Position numbers and translations under genes: made by a program. A stretch of DNA of 64,000 bases. Source: Bacillota bacterium. GTDB lineage: Bacteria > Bacillota > Clostridia > Tissierellales > Peptoniphilaceae. Every line of letters starts with the position of its first letter. The stretch's first letter is position 1. The stretch lies in NCBI GenBank assembly GCA_029003555.1, contig JAQYCE010000050.1, positions 10-64,009 of the forward strand, written 5' to 3'. This document shows positions 21,401-30,110 of the stretch, piece after piece. Below the pieces are notes generated by a model. The model made no database searches and was not told where the DNA came from. It worked only from the letters and a program-made list of their open reading frames with translations.

Positions 21401-24400
21401 ACCAGGCCTTCCTGATTGTATACGGCATTCTCGGGTTTTTCCCAATTCACGGCAAAGGTGGTCGATAAGATGGTCCCATCCGGCATGACGACAGGGCGAC
21501 GGTCCGGCAAAACGGGAGGCTTGCCCAAAGGAGTGAGGGCGGAATAGTTAAGGAGGGCAGCAACGTCATCGATCACATTGACCGTAACAAAGACCTTTCC
21601 TCCCCCTTCCAGCTCTCCCTCCACAGTGAAGGAGCCGGGCTTGGCCAATACGTCTTCGGGAATCTCTTTCCAACGAACCGACTTCATCGCTTTGCTTCCA
21701 TCGGTATAGCGGACTTCAACCTGGTCAGCCAGGACAGGCCGGTTATTCTTTTTTACATAGTAGTTTTTGGAATAGAAGAAGCTATCAATTTCCTTCTCGG
21801 CTGAAGATCCCGATTCTGATGCCTGCGTATTGACCGTAACTGAGGAGGCGGTTAAACCTTCCCCACTTGCGGTCACCGTGAATGACCCGCTGGTCTTGGT
21901 TGACCGGACAATCGCCAGGACCTTCCCACTGAAAGCCCGGCGGTTGTCCGCCTGGTAGGGATCATGGTCAGGAGAACTTCCGTTATCCACGCCGACAAGA
22001 ACGCCTTCTCCCTTTACGGAGAAACTGATCCGGTTATCCGCATTTCCTACCGGATTGCCCTTGGCATCGAGGATGTCCACCTCCACATAGCAAAGGTCCT
22101 TACCATCCGCTGAAAGGCTGGTCCGGTCCGCCTTGGCCGAAAGGACTGCCGGAGGACCGGCTGTCTGAACAACATTTCGACCCAGGGTGTTTTCAATAGG
22201 CCTGCCGTCCTTATCATAAGCCACTGCTTCCAGGCGACCCTCCTCAAAGGGAACCTGCCAGGTCATATATAGGTTCTGGTGACCTTCTTTCCCCTCAACC
22301 GTCTGATAGGTATAGCCGGCATCCGTTGTTTTTTCTACAAAAGACTGTTTCCCAAGCGACCTTCCGTTGAGGAAAAGTTCGACGGAGGAAGCATCGGAAT
22401 AGACAACCACTTCAGCCTTCCCTCCGGATAGAGCAAGGTCCTCCTTGTTCCATGTCGGTAGGAGGTGGAGGGTCCTTACCTTATCATTCCACAAACTTTG
22501 ATAGAGATAGTAGGAATCCTTGGGGAATCCTGCTGTGTCAATAATCCCGAAATAGGAGTTCTTGGGGTTGGTCTCAAAATTACCTGCACTCGGCCCCGGA
22601 TCTGTTTTATTCCAGGGTGTGGGTTCTCCAATATAGTCAAATCCGGTCCAAACATATTCGCCGGCAACAAAGTCCCGGGTGATGACATCATACCAGGCCT
22701 GGCTGGCCAGGGCTCCCCAGGGCACTCTGGATTTATCGTAGGAGGTCAACTGGCGAGTGGCGTCGTACCTTCCCCCACCCCCTTTATGATAATAGACACC
22801 CCGGCTGTTTACCGAAGAAGCGGTCTCGGACCCATAGAGTTTCCAATCCGGGTGGTTGGAATGGAGGCGGTCATAACTCCACCCATCGGAATAGTTGGTC
22901 CCGGAAGCCCCGCCGGCCGCCGTGAGTAAATTGGCAATTTGGACATGTTCCCATCCGCCGTTTTTTACAGCATTGCTTCCGATGGTCAGGTTCCGGCTAT
23001 CATCCGCTTCCTGCGCCCAACGAATCAGGTCCGGTGCCTTTGCCGCATAGCCACTGCCTCCGGCTCCTTCCTGAATTTCATTTCCCAGGGACCACATCAC
23101 CACCGAGGGGGCATTTTTCGCTTTACCAATGGTGGATTTGATATCAAATTCCGCCCAGGTCATCCCTTCCTCTTTGCCCAGGATGGTGTTGTCCCCTTCG
23201 ATAGGCCGGTTGAACCATGCGGAATAGTCGTTGCGATTCCCATTTTTGGCATGCATCCAGCCGTCAAAAAGCTCATCAATAACCAACATTCCCTTTTCAT
23301 CACAAAGCTCCCGGAAAACATGGGCTGCAGGGTTATGGGTAACACGAATGGAGTTGCAGCCCATATCTTTTAAAAGCTCGATCTGGCGTTCCATGGCCCG
23401 ACGGTAGGCAGCCGCACCAAGAGCACCTTGGTCATGGTGGAGGCAGACGCCTTTGAGCTTGATCTTTTGCCCGTTGAGATAGGCTCCCGTCTTGGGATCT
23501 ATGGAAAATGTACGGTAGCCGAAGACGGTTTCTTCTGTATCTACGATCTTGTCCGCAAGCTTGACCTCCGTCCGAAGGAGGTAGAGGGCAGGGTTCTCTA
23601 TGGACCAGAGTTCCGGTGAACGGGCCTCAATCGTGCCCTCGAAGGATAGGGAAGCCTTTCCGGCCAGGCTCTTTGCCGGAAGAGTCACGGTCCCGATGGC
23701 TGTCTCCTCCCCCTTCTTATAAATGGTATGGGTCAGGCTGACGTCTTCTGCCTCTTCCCCTTCATTTGTTATAACAGTTTCAATCTTTGTGGTCACATTC
23801 CCACCCATTTCATTGGCCAGCTTGGGCGTGGTTACTGTGACCCCGTTTTCTTTCACATGGACCGGGTCCGTCACCGTCATAAAGACGCTCCGGTAAATCC
23901 CGCTTCCGGAATACCAGCGGCTGGACGGTGTCCTATGGTCCACTTTGACAGCAAGAGTATTTTCTTTTCCTACTACCACCTTGTCCGTAATATCAAAGGA
24001 AAAGGGAGAATAGCCGTAGGGATGGGTCCCTAGCTTTTGCCCGTTCAAATAGACGGTGGCATTCATATAAACGCCGTCAAAGTCCAGGCGGATCGTCTTT
24101 CCCTCGGTACTGGGATCGAGGACAAAATGCTTGCGATACCAGCCGGTACCGCCCGGTAAGAAGCCGCTTTCCGCTTCCATGGCGGAGGAGTAGGTCTGGG
24201 AAATACTGTAGTCATGCGGAATAGAGATGGATTCCCAGCTTGAGTCATCAAAGTCGACGGCTGCCTGGTTGTCCCCATCTCCTCCAAGCTGGAACTTCCA
24301 GTTATCATCAAAATTCTGCTTGCGAAGGCTTGAACTGAAGCTATTATTGTAGACCACTTCCGGCTCAGAGGTCATCTGGTTTGCAGAGGCTGACCGCCCG

Positions 24401-24507
24401 GGTCCATCCTCCTCACCCAGAGCATAGGCACTGTTGCCTGCTCCGGTGAAAGCCAGCACTCCGGCCATAAAAAAAGCCCAAGCGCGGGTTAACGTTTTCT
24501 TCCTCAT
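18493..24507 (-). CDS. Secreted cell-wall-anchored GH2 beta-galactosidase (BgaA-like) with Ig-like, CBM and CWB2 modules
   Basis: Signal peptide; GH2 motifs 'GWYRKHF', 'RWYSGSGIYR', 'MGCNSIRVTHNP', 'WSLGNE', 'GSETAS', 'WTGFDYIGEPTP'; F5/8-CBM32-like 'HWHT..YLPRQ..NGRVTEY'; three CWB2 repeats ('RISGEDRIETA','RIAGKDRYETS','RFAGSDRYETA'; PDAL, PILL). Confidence 0.9.
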   Translation of the reverse strand: MRKKTLTRAWAFFMAGVLAFTGAGNSAYALGEEDGPGRSASANQMTSEPEVVYNNSFSSSLRKQNFDDNWKFQLGGDGDNQAAVDFDDSSWESISIPHDYSISQTYSSAMEAESGFLPGGTGWYRKHFVLDPSTEGKTIRLDFDGVYMNATVYLNGQKLGTHPYGYSPFSFDITDKVVVGKENTLAVKVDHRTPSSRWYSGSGIYRSVFMTVTDPVHVKENGVTVTTPKLANEMGGNVTTKIETVITNEGEEAEDVSLTHTIYKKGEETAIGTVTLPAKSLAGKASLSFEGTIEARSPELWSIENPALYLLRTEVKLADKIVDTEETVFGYRTFSIDPKTGAYLNGQKIKLKGVCLHHDQGALGAAAYRRAMERQIELLKDMGCNSIRVTHNPAAHVFRELCDEKGMLVIDELFDGWMHAKNGNRNDYSAWFNRPIEGDNTILGKEEGMTWAEFDIKSTIGKAKNAPSVVMWSLGNEIQEGAGGSGYAAKAPDLIRWAQEADDSRNLTIGSNAVKNGGWEHVQIANLLTAAGGASGTNYSDGWSYDRLHSNHPDWKLYGSETASSVNSRGVYYHKGGGGRYDATRQLTSYDKSRVPWGALASQAWYDVITRDFVAGEYVWTGFDYIGEPTPWNKTDPGPSAGNFETNPKNSYFGIIDTAGFPKDSYYLYQSLWNDKVRTLHLLPTWNKEDLALSGGKAEVVVYSDASSVELFLNGRSLGKQSFVEKTTDAGYTYQTVEGKEGHQNLYMTWQVPFEEGRLEAVAYDKDGRPIENTLGRNVVQTAGPPAVLSAKADRTSLSADGKDLCYVEVDILDAKGNPVGNADNRISFSVKGEGVLVGVDNGSSPDHDPYQADNRRAFSGKVLAIVRSTKTSGSFTVTASGEGLTASSVTVNTQASESGSSAEKEIDSFFYSKNYYVKKNNRPVLADQVEVRYTDGSKAMKSVRWKEIPEDVLAKPGSFTVEGELEGGGKVFVTVNVIDDVAALLNYSALTPLGKPPVLPDRRPVVMPDGTILSTTFAVNWEKPENAVYNQEGLVTIPGSAEVLGQKLDVTATIRVEKATVSIGDSVSSQAAEVTTDGKIPSDSLAAINDGSTAYHPVSSGPNTSQWSNYEDSQNGDNTAEITFRYDTSFALGQVVMHFSRDNWSARYPDPGTTEIYVSPSGEEGSWVKVEAEETIGDELPGPGNTGVRPYTYSFPTPYEATFVKVCVTNKNVNLGNRKPCTAITEIELKKASQDFIANSSTGLESLTINGDELSASALKKEVYQTPALVAELDNVKGKGNAAVTVLPPYQDVVRLITESEDHNLRSVFEIHLNTSLSPSPQDSDRDIPPESLAGKVIAGSKLDPPTSNEGNPEYVIDEKTETHWHTNWRGVSQTPLEERWIGFNFDQPTSLDALRYLPRQTGGQNGRVTEYRVEYKASDDDDWQPVPVKQEDGSFADSGKWNKDDDGWQLAEFAPITAKQVRLVGLHTFVDSGNDRFMSAAELRARMPKQTIDLSDPKNGIQVEVVGLSPEGKIEAYPVDDDHPVKPEVKVKDKDGKALRWGIDYKLTYENNTRYSQPGDPAKLIVEGIINYTGQVEKTFIIEEPARKLTAIKLEKLPKTEYMAGETFDPTGLTLTLSDNYGNEESLAYVGNEEGFTFTPALNQALSEADHEVTIEYTNAYGSQKLTLPIKVNSPSSPSDPTPTPLPDRPSHPWTGPNQPDKLPGDLAGLRAHLPGVEIRRISGEDRIETAVKISQTYYDRADTVILAVSNNYPDALVASGLARVYQAPILLTQEDRVNDLVAKEMKRLNAKKTILLGGDRALSKEVEEGLASLKFDVQRIAGKDRYETSALVARAVVEKYGYKGRTVIATGENWPDALSASALAAKEGIPILLSRRDRVDPSIKEAIKDLSIHESYLVGGDQVLSSKVEKSLPKIIRRFAGSDRYETAVLIADYAFKDSSRAFLASGESFPDALVIGPVAGSQEGPILLTRKEVLPDSCLSYLKKVKILDVLGGKGRIDIR

Positions 24508-24722
24508 CGGCAATCCTCCATATCAATACTAAAAATACACCCTACAATATCAGTCCCTTTGATTATACTCGAGAATAAAAATGTCTTCCACTTTAGTCAG
24601 CTTTACAGCAAACCGAAAAGAAGTGAGATTCTCATGAAGGTTTTCCTGAAAATCCATAAGTCGGAGTGACTTTCCCCAGCTAAAGGGGTAAAACAAAAAG
24701 AAGAATGAAAGGAAGGAAATCA

Positions 24723-25649
24723 ATGAAAACAATTAACATTGCACAAGGCCCCCGGGATGTCTCCCGGATGATCCTCGGCTGCATGAGGATGCCGGAGCTA
24801 TCTGCTAAAGATGCGGCAGAGATGCTGGAAACCGCCTATGACCTGGGCATCAACTATTTTGACAATGCCACCTGCTATACGGATGGAGTGGCGGAAACCC
24901 GGTTCGGGGAGGGCTTGAAGGCCTCCCAGCTCAAGCGTGAGGACCTGATTATCCAGACCAAATGCGGTCTTTGCTTTGACCGCAATGAATTCGACTGGAC
25001 CAAGGAGAATATCCTGGAAAGCGTGGATGACAGCCTCCGGAGGATGGGCCTGGACTACCTGGACGTCCTCCTCCTGCACCGTCCGGACCTCCTTTATGAT
25101 CCGGAGGAAGTGGCTGAAGCCTTCGATCTCCTGGAATCTTCGGGTAAGGTCCGCCATTTCGGTCTCAGCAATGTCCCGCCCATGATGGTGGAGGTCCTCA
25201 AGAAATATGTCCGCCAGCCCCTGGTCATCAACCAGCTCCAGCTTTCCCTGGAACAGTCCCAGCTTATCGACCAGGCTTTCTATATCAATAACCTCTCCAC
25301 CGACCGGTCCATTGACCGGGACAACGGCCTCCTGGACTATTGCCGTCTCCACGACATCACCATCCAGGCCTGGTCCCCCCTCCAATACGGAATGATCGGC
25401 GGCTGCTTCCTGGACCACCCCGACTACCCGGAACTCAACGCCGGCCTGGACAAGCTGGCTAAAAAATATGGGGTGACTAAGGCAGCCATCGCCCTGGCCT
25501 GGATTCTCCGCCATCCTGCTAACATGCAGGTCATTGTCGGCACCATGAATCCCAGCCACCTCATGGAATCCGTCGAGGCCCTCTCCATCCGTCTGACCCA
25601 CCGGGAATGGTATGAACTCTACCTGGCTTCCGGGAAATTCCTGCCCTGA
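24723..25649 (+). CDS. Aldo/keto reductase (YdhF-like)
   Basis: 'LGCMR', 'IQTKCG', 'DYLDVLLLHRPD', 'GKVRHFGLSN', 'QAWSPL', 'LAWILRHP'. Confidence 0.9.
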   Translation: MKTINIAQGPRDVSRMILGCMRMPELSAKDAAEMLETAYDLGINYFDNATCYTDGVAETRFGEGLKASQLKREDLIIQTKCGLCFDRNEFDWTKENILESVDDSLRRMGLDYLDVLLLHRPDLLYDPEEVAEAFDLLESSGKVRHFGLSNVPPMMVEVLKKYVRQPLVINQLQLSLEQSQLIDQAFYINNLSTDRSIDRDNGLLDYCRLHDITIQAWSPLQYGMIGGCFLDHPDYPELNAGLDKLAKKYGVTKAAIALAWILRHPANMQVIVGTMNPSHLMESVEALSIRLTHREWYELYLASGKFLP

Positions 25650-25715
25650 TGGATAAAAAATGGCGAAGATGAAGCCTGTCCAGAGTAAATGGCCTAAAGA
25701 CTAGCTCTTGGAAAG

Positions 25716-25754
25716 AAAAAGAGAGATAAGTGCAAGGAATTGCACTTATCTCTC
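25716..25754 (-). terminator. Terminator between the convergent AKR and pilus genes
   Basis: Perfect 15-bp stem GAGAGATAAGTGCAA/TTGCACTTATCTCTC, U-tract on the minus strand. Confidence 0.75.
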
Positions 25755-25890
25755 CAAACCCACATTTTTGGGCTGCCTGATTATTCCTGTTCATTTCTCC
25801 GGTATCACCGCAAAGATGGGTGAAAATTAGGAACATTCCATTCGATATGTCTTGTTATACTTACTTTATTTTACTTCTCTTGATACTTCC

Positions 25891-26400
25891 TTAGAAATTG
25901 CGACGTCGCAGAAAAAAAGCAACACGGCCAAGACAAGCACTCTTCGCAACAGGGCCAAAGGCTCGGCTATCCTCTGCTTCATCCCGCACATCCGCTAATA
26001 AAAAAACTTCTTCCTCAGAAAGTGTGGCTTTACCGGAAAAACCACCTTCATAGAGCTTTGTTTCTCCTTGGGCGTAGTCTTCAATCTGTAGAACGCCGTT
26101 CACCCAGAGTCCTTCTTCCGTGATTTCGACCACATCCCCACCGAGAGCAACTACACGGCGAATAAGGATCTTTCCGTCTCTCTCTACCGCAGCCAGATCA
26201 TGAATCTGAAAATCTTTATTCCAATGATCTACTAATAAGAGATCACCTGCTTTTACCGCTGGAGTCATGCTGTTTTCATCGTACTTAACCCATTGAAACA
26301 ACACCGTAAACAGCAGTAAAAGGATCAGCAGAAAAGCCAAACACTTCAGTAAAATCGAAGAAATGAGCTTAGTTATTTCCCATTTTTTCTGCTGAGTCAA
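25891..26400 (-). CDS. Pilus-associated signal peptidase I-like protein (SipA-like), catalytic Lys replaced
   Basis: TM helix, 'ENSMTP', 'IRRVVA' in place of KRV, 'ADVR..EDSRAFG', C-terminal 'LRRRNF'; last gene of the sortase/pilin cluster. Confidence 0.8.
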   Translation of the reverse strand: MTQQKKWEITKLISSILLKCLAFLLILLLLFTVLFQWVKYDENSMTPAVKAGDLLLVDHWNKDFQIHDLAAVERDGKILIRRVVALGGDVVEITEEGLWVNGVLQIEDYAQGETKLYEGGFSGKATLSEEEVFLLADVRDEAEDSRAFGPVAKSACLGRVAFFLRRRNF

Positions 26401-27095
26401 GGTTCGACCTCATCTCTCTTGCTCTTCCTTTTATAGGATAGAAGTAACATGAAACATCCCACACTCAGTGCAAGAAGGAGCGCAGTCTGATACGGAAAGG
26501 GATCTCCCATAGGCGGTGTCTTTTCGGGAGTAGACTCGGGATGTTCCGGTTTTGATTGGCCACCCGGTTTATCCTCTAAACGCTCATGAATAAAGCTCAA
26601 ACCTTTCACTTTGTAACCATCTTCACCTTTTAGAATGAGCACAGCCTTCCACTCGCCCGTATAGGTAGGCAAGACGTGTATCTCTATATTGTATACCTTG
26701 CTATCTACTTGATAGCTAAAACGATCGGATTCATATGAGTTACAGCGCAAGACATATTGATACGATCCCGGCTTTGAAAAGGAAATCGGGCCAATTATCT
26801 TTCTTTCTTCATCCCCTATCGAAAAGTTGTATTTGTCTCTTTTACCTTCCGGTAAGGGAGCGCCTTCTTTTGCCATTAGCGTATAGAAGAAAAGTGGATG
26901 ATCTGCATGATCACGACGATGGATTTCCTGCTCTACCGGTATGGAGAATAAAATGGAGTCCCTCGCCTCAGCCGCCATCGATGAACAGGGCAAGACAAAT
27001 GGAAACAGGAAAAGAAGAGCTAAGCAGAAAAGATGCACGGTTCTTTTTCCTGGCCTTTTACGTTTTGCCCGGCGGTATTCAAATCCATTCTTCAT
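26397..27095 (-). CDS. Ancillary (basal, FctB-like) pilin with sorting signal
   Basis: Signal peptide, one Spy0128-like domain ('ISFSKPGSYQY'), Pro-rich tail, 'TPPMGD' motif, TM helix and basic tail. Confidence 0.75.
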   Translation of the reverse strand: MKNGFEYRRAKRKRPGKRTVHLFCLALLFLFPFVLPCSSMAAEARDSILFSIPVEQEIHRRDHADHPLFFYTLMAKEGAPLPEGKRDKYNFSIGDEERKIIGPISFSKPGSYQYVLRCNSYESDRFSYQVDSKVYNIEIHVLPTYTGEWKAVLILKGEDGYKVKGLSFIHERLEDKPGGQSKPEHPESTPEKTPPMGDPFPYQTALLLALSVGCFMLLLSYKRKSKRDEVEP

Positions 27096-27151
27096 ATTCC
27101 ACCTCAATCCAAAACACTTGGACGAAAACAAACAACAATAATTTCTCTAAT

Positions 27152-28099
27152 CTACTCTCTATTCACCTCAGTATTATCATTTCCAATTCCCTCTTGAATA
27201 ATACGCAACTTATGTTTGCTATATCCATAGAGGACAAGAAGGATTAGGAAAAAGGCGATGAGGATAATCCAAATTATCCTTGGGCCAAAGTTCATCTTTT
27301 CTTCGACCCCAGGGAAAACTGAATTGTCTTCAGCAAAGGGATTGGAAAATATCTCCTGCCTCCGCTCTGCAACCACAATCTGTCTACCTTCTGTCTCTTC
27401 CGTACAGGTGCTTAAAATAACAAGCTGGGCTTTTTTTTCTTCTTCCTCTGATAAAAGAGAAAAACGATCATGAATGGCGAGCTCTTTCAAATGCGAAAAA
27501 TAGCTCCTCCAATCTTCACCCTCAAAGGTGAAGCGATAAAGCTCTCGATCGTCAGCCTCTGTCCGTAAATAGGATAATATGCGTAAGCCGTAATGCCTTC
27601 CGGAAACATAGAGGTCGCCGTATAAATGGCTGTCGAAAAAAGATCCTTCAGCAAAATTACCCAGATCTCCAAACATGGCATGATGGGCCATGTGGTGTCC
27701 GTAAAGGATAACAAGGCTCTCGGAAAAATCGGATTGATTTCTTGCATCGAGAAAAATACTTCCTGCAGCGGAATAGCCGCCAAGAGGATCCGTCGTCAGG
27801 TAGCGTACATTATCTTTCGCCTGCATGATCGGATAATCGATGCTTGTGCCGAAGATCTCTAGCCAGCCGACCAGCTCTTCATTCTTCTTTCTCAGTTCTT
27901 CATAACCATAACCCGGTTCTTGGCCTTTTTTTTCTGGCTTATAGGGAATATAGTTCTTTGGTTCAGCGGCATCATAAATCTGTTGGACATCCCAAAGGCC
28001 ATACAAGCCGAAGGACACGAGAACAAATAAAAAGACCAAAGCCAGATAATCAATAAGACGAGAAAGGAAGGATAGACACGAGTAGATTATTTTTCTCAT
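27152..28099 (-). CDS. srtB: Class B (pilus-type) sortase
   Basis: 'WLEIFGTSIDYPIMQ..DN..YL', 'GSIFLD', 'ILYGHHM', 'LSTC...R'; N- and C-terminal TM helices. Confidence 0.9.
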   Translation of the reverse strand: MRKIIYSCLSFLSRLIDYLALVFLFVLVSFGLYGLWDVQQIYDAAEPKNYIPYKPEKKGQEPGYGYEELRKKNEELVGWLEIFGTSIDYPIMQAKDNVRYLTTDPLGGYSAAGSIFLDARNQSDFSESLVILYGHHMAHHAMFGDLGNFAEGSFFDSHLYGDLYVSGRHYGLRILSYLRTEADDRELYRFTFEGEDWRSYFSHLKELAIHDRFSLLSEEEEKKAQLVILSTCTEETEGRQIVVAERRQEIFSNPFAEDNSVFPGVEEKMNFGPRIIWIILIAFFLILLVLYGYSKHKLRIIQEGIGNDNTEVNRE

Positions 28100-28120
28100 T
28101 CCTATTCCTTAAGCAAAAGC

Positions 28121-28152
28121 TTCATCCGCTCCGCTAATGCGGAGCGGATGAA
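28121..28152 (-). terminator. Hairpin after the backbone pilin gene (weak terminator or mRNA stabiliser)
   Basis: 14-bp perfect stem TTCATCCGCTCCGC/GCGGAGCGGATGAA followed by GCTTTT. Confidence 0.65.
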
Positions 28153-28159
28153 CCTGCAA

Positions 28160-29842
28160 CTACCGCAGTGCTTTCTTTTTCTTCAGTCCAACAAAGAGTA
28201 ATACAGCTAAGCCAGCAACACCAATCAATGTCATTGCCATGAAGGAGGTGTTATTCGTAGTTAAGCCCGTCGGAGCACTGGTCTGATCTTTATTGTTCAT
28301 GGCTTCAACCTTATTAATGCCTTGATCAGATACCATGACTGTGTTCGCATTTGTAGCCGCTCCACCACCACTTACTGACTGATAACTTAAAGTATGACCC
28401 TTAGGATCAGTTTCTGTAGCTGTTAATTCGCTACCAACAATTGCCTTTTCAAATACAAGGGCCTGTCCATGTTTCAGTTGGACAGTAAATGCTGTTCCAT
28501 AAGTCACTTCAAAATAACCGTTCGCGTCCGCAGTAATTCCATTGGCAGTCAAATCGGTTTCGTATTTCAACGTCCGTGAATTATAGATCCGAGCTCTTGT
28601 AGTCAAAGTGGCAGGCTCTCCCTGTGCGCCATCTACCACATGAATGTTTTCCGGTGCCTTTAATTCAATGCTAAATGGGAAGTAGACGTTCTTATCTCCT
28701 AAATCGCCGGTCACGGTTTTAGAAACGAAGAGGCCTCTCTTTTCCAGTGGCTTGTCTGGATTTTCCTTAACCTCTTTATTGTATTCATTGGCGAAGCGAA
28801 TACCATTGTCTTCACCCTCTTTGTAGTAATTCTCCTGCTTTTCACCATTTGCTACTGTACCGTCATCATTCGCCATCTTCTTAACACGGACGGAAAGAAT
28901 GCGATAACCCTCAGCTTTAGGGTTGGACTCAACGACAAAAGTAACTTCGTATTTGGCCTTTGATGTGACCAGATGATCGACGTAATCCTCACCATCATGC
29001 TGAGTATAACTTGTCTCGGTTTCTGTCAGTGTGTAAGTATATTCACCGCTGGCTGTGAAAGGTTGCTTCTTCTCAATTTCGGTAATGATGTCATTTGAGG
29101 TTTTTAGACCTTTTTCGCTATCTTTGTAAGAAAGCTTGATCGGGTCTAAATTGAGCTCCGGAGCCCCATTTTCAGGCTTAAAGGTAAAGGTAAAATCCAG
29201 AGCCGGATGTGTTGCGTCGCCAATTACTTGAAAATCTTTGGTGATAAAGAACTTCGGTAAAATCTTTAGTTGCATGGGGAGAATCATTTTTCCGCCCTCT
29301 GCATAAGTGAGAGTCGATGTGAAATCAACAATTCCCGGCTTGTTGGATATGCCTGTGGCTTGGATACCAAGAACTTCACCAGAAAAATCCTGAAAATGAC
29401 TGCCTTCCGGCTTCTCACCCACAATCTCATAGCCAAGGCTTTCCAAGGCGTCCTTGCCTTCAGTCATCAAAAGTGAAAAGTCGGTACCACCCTGTTTAAG
29501 AATATTATCCACAGGTGCAACGTTTGGCCCCAAAGTATCCTTGGATCCTAATTTTGTGGAAAAAACAATTCTCCCACCTTCAATGTGGTCAGCGAGATTA
29601 ATTTCACGATTAAGGTCAATTAGCACCCAAAAAGTGTGAATATCACTATCAATAACTGCAAAAGGGCGGATCACCGGTTCATCATCAAACTGAATTGGTC
29701 CTTTGATATTGTCGGGTTCTAATATTGTAGCTTCCCCTTTTACGTCTTCTGCCTGAGCCGCTTGAGCGCCTCCAACCAGCACGAAAATCAGTGCCAAGAA
29801 CAAAGCTCCTGCTCGCTTTATCCAAGTCTTCCTTGCTTTCAT
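28160..29842 (-). CDS. Backbone pilin (FctA/Spy0128-like) with SAPTG sorting motif
   Basis: Signal peptide; two isopeptide-type domains ('ITKDF..YTLTETE..FANEY'; 'VSKTVTG..ATETD..NNK'); 'SAPTG', TM helix and KKKK tail. Confidence 0.82.
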   Translation of the reverse strand: MKARKTWIKRAGALFLALIFVLVGGAQAAQAEDVKGEATILEPDNIKGPIQFDDEPVIRPFAVIDSDIHTFWVLIDLNREINLADHIEGGRIVFSTKLGSKDTLGPNVAPVDNILKQGGTDFSLLMTEGKDALESLGYEIVGEKPEGSHFQDFSGEVLGIQATGISNKPGIVDFTSTLTYAEGGKMILPMQLKILPKFFITKDFQVIGDATHPALDFTFTFKPENGAPELNLDPIKLSYKDSEKGLKTSNDIITEIEKKQPFTASGEYTYTLTETETSYTQHDGEDYVDHLVTSKAKYEVTFVVESNPKAEGYRILSVRVKKMANDDGTVANGEKQENYYKEGEDNGIRFANEYNKEVKENPDKPLEKRGLFVSKTVTGDLGDKNVYFPFSIELKAPENIHVVDGAQGEPATLTTRARIYNSRTLKYETDLTANGITADANGYFEVTYGTAFTVQLKHGQALVFEKAIVGSELTATETDPKGHTLSYQSVSGGGAATNANTVMVSDQGINKVEAMNNKDQTSAPTGLTTNNTSFMAMTLIGVAGLAVLLFVGLKKKKALR

Positions 29843-29921
29843 CGTTGTCTCCTTTCACAACATGAATCATACCTGCCAGTAATTCGCTCTCATCCCGGCA
29901 TCCTTTGGAAATACTATTATT

Positions 29922-29950
29922 AGTATACTTCGATAATCATAAATTAACAA
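29922..29950 (-). promoter_or_regulatory. Putative sigma-A promoter of the pilus operon
   Basis: TTGTTA-N17-TATACT in the AT-rich intergenic region. Confidence 0.5.
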
Positions 29951-30110
29951 GCTTATAACATTTCTTACAAATTATCCTATTTTATCAATACTATTAACTG
30001 GTTTTCTAAGCAAATTCCCCTTTAAAAGCTTGTCATAGTATAATAAGAAGTAAGTTGTTCCCCATGATGGCCAAGTATCTTTTGCTTGCTTCAATAGAAA
30101 AGGAGACAAA

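Noticed and set aside
29850-30100. Possible invertible (phase-variable) promoter upstream of the pilus operon
   Set aside because: Only short AT-rich repeats (AATACTATTA x2); no long inverted repeats and no recombinase nearby.
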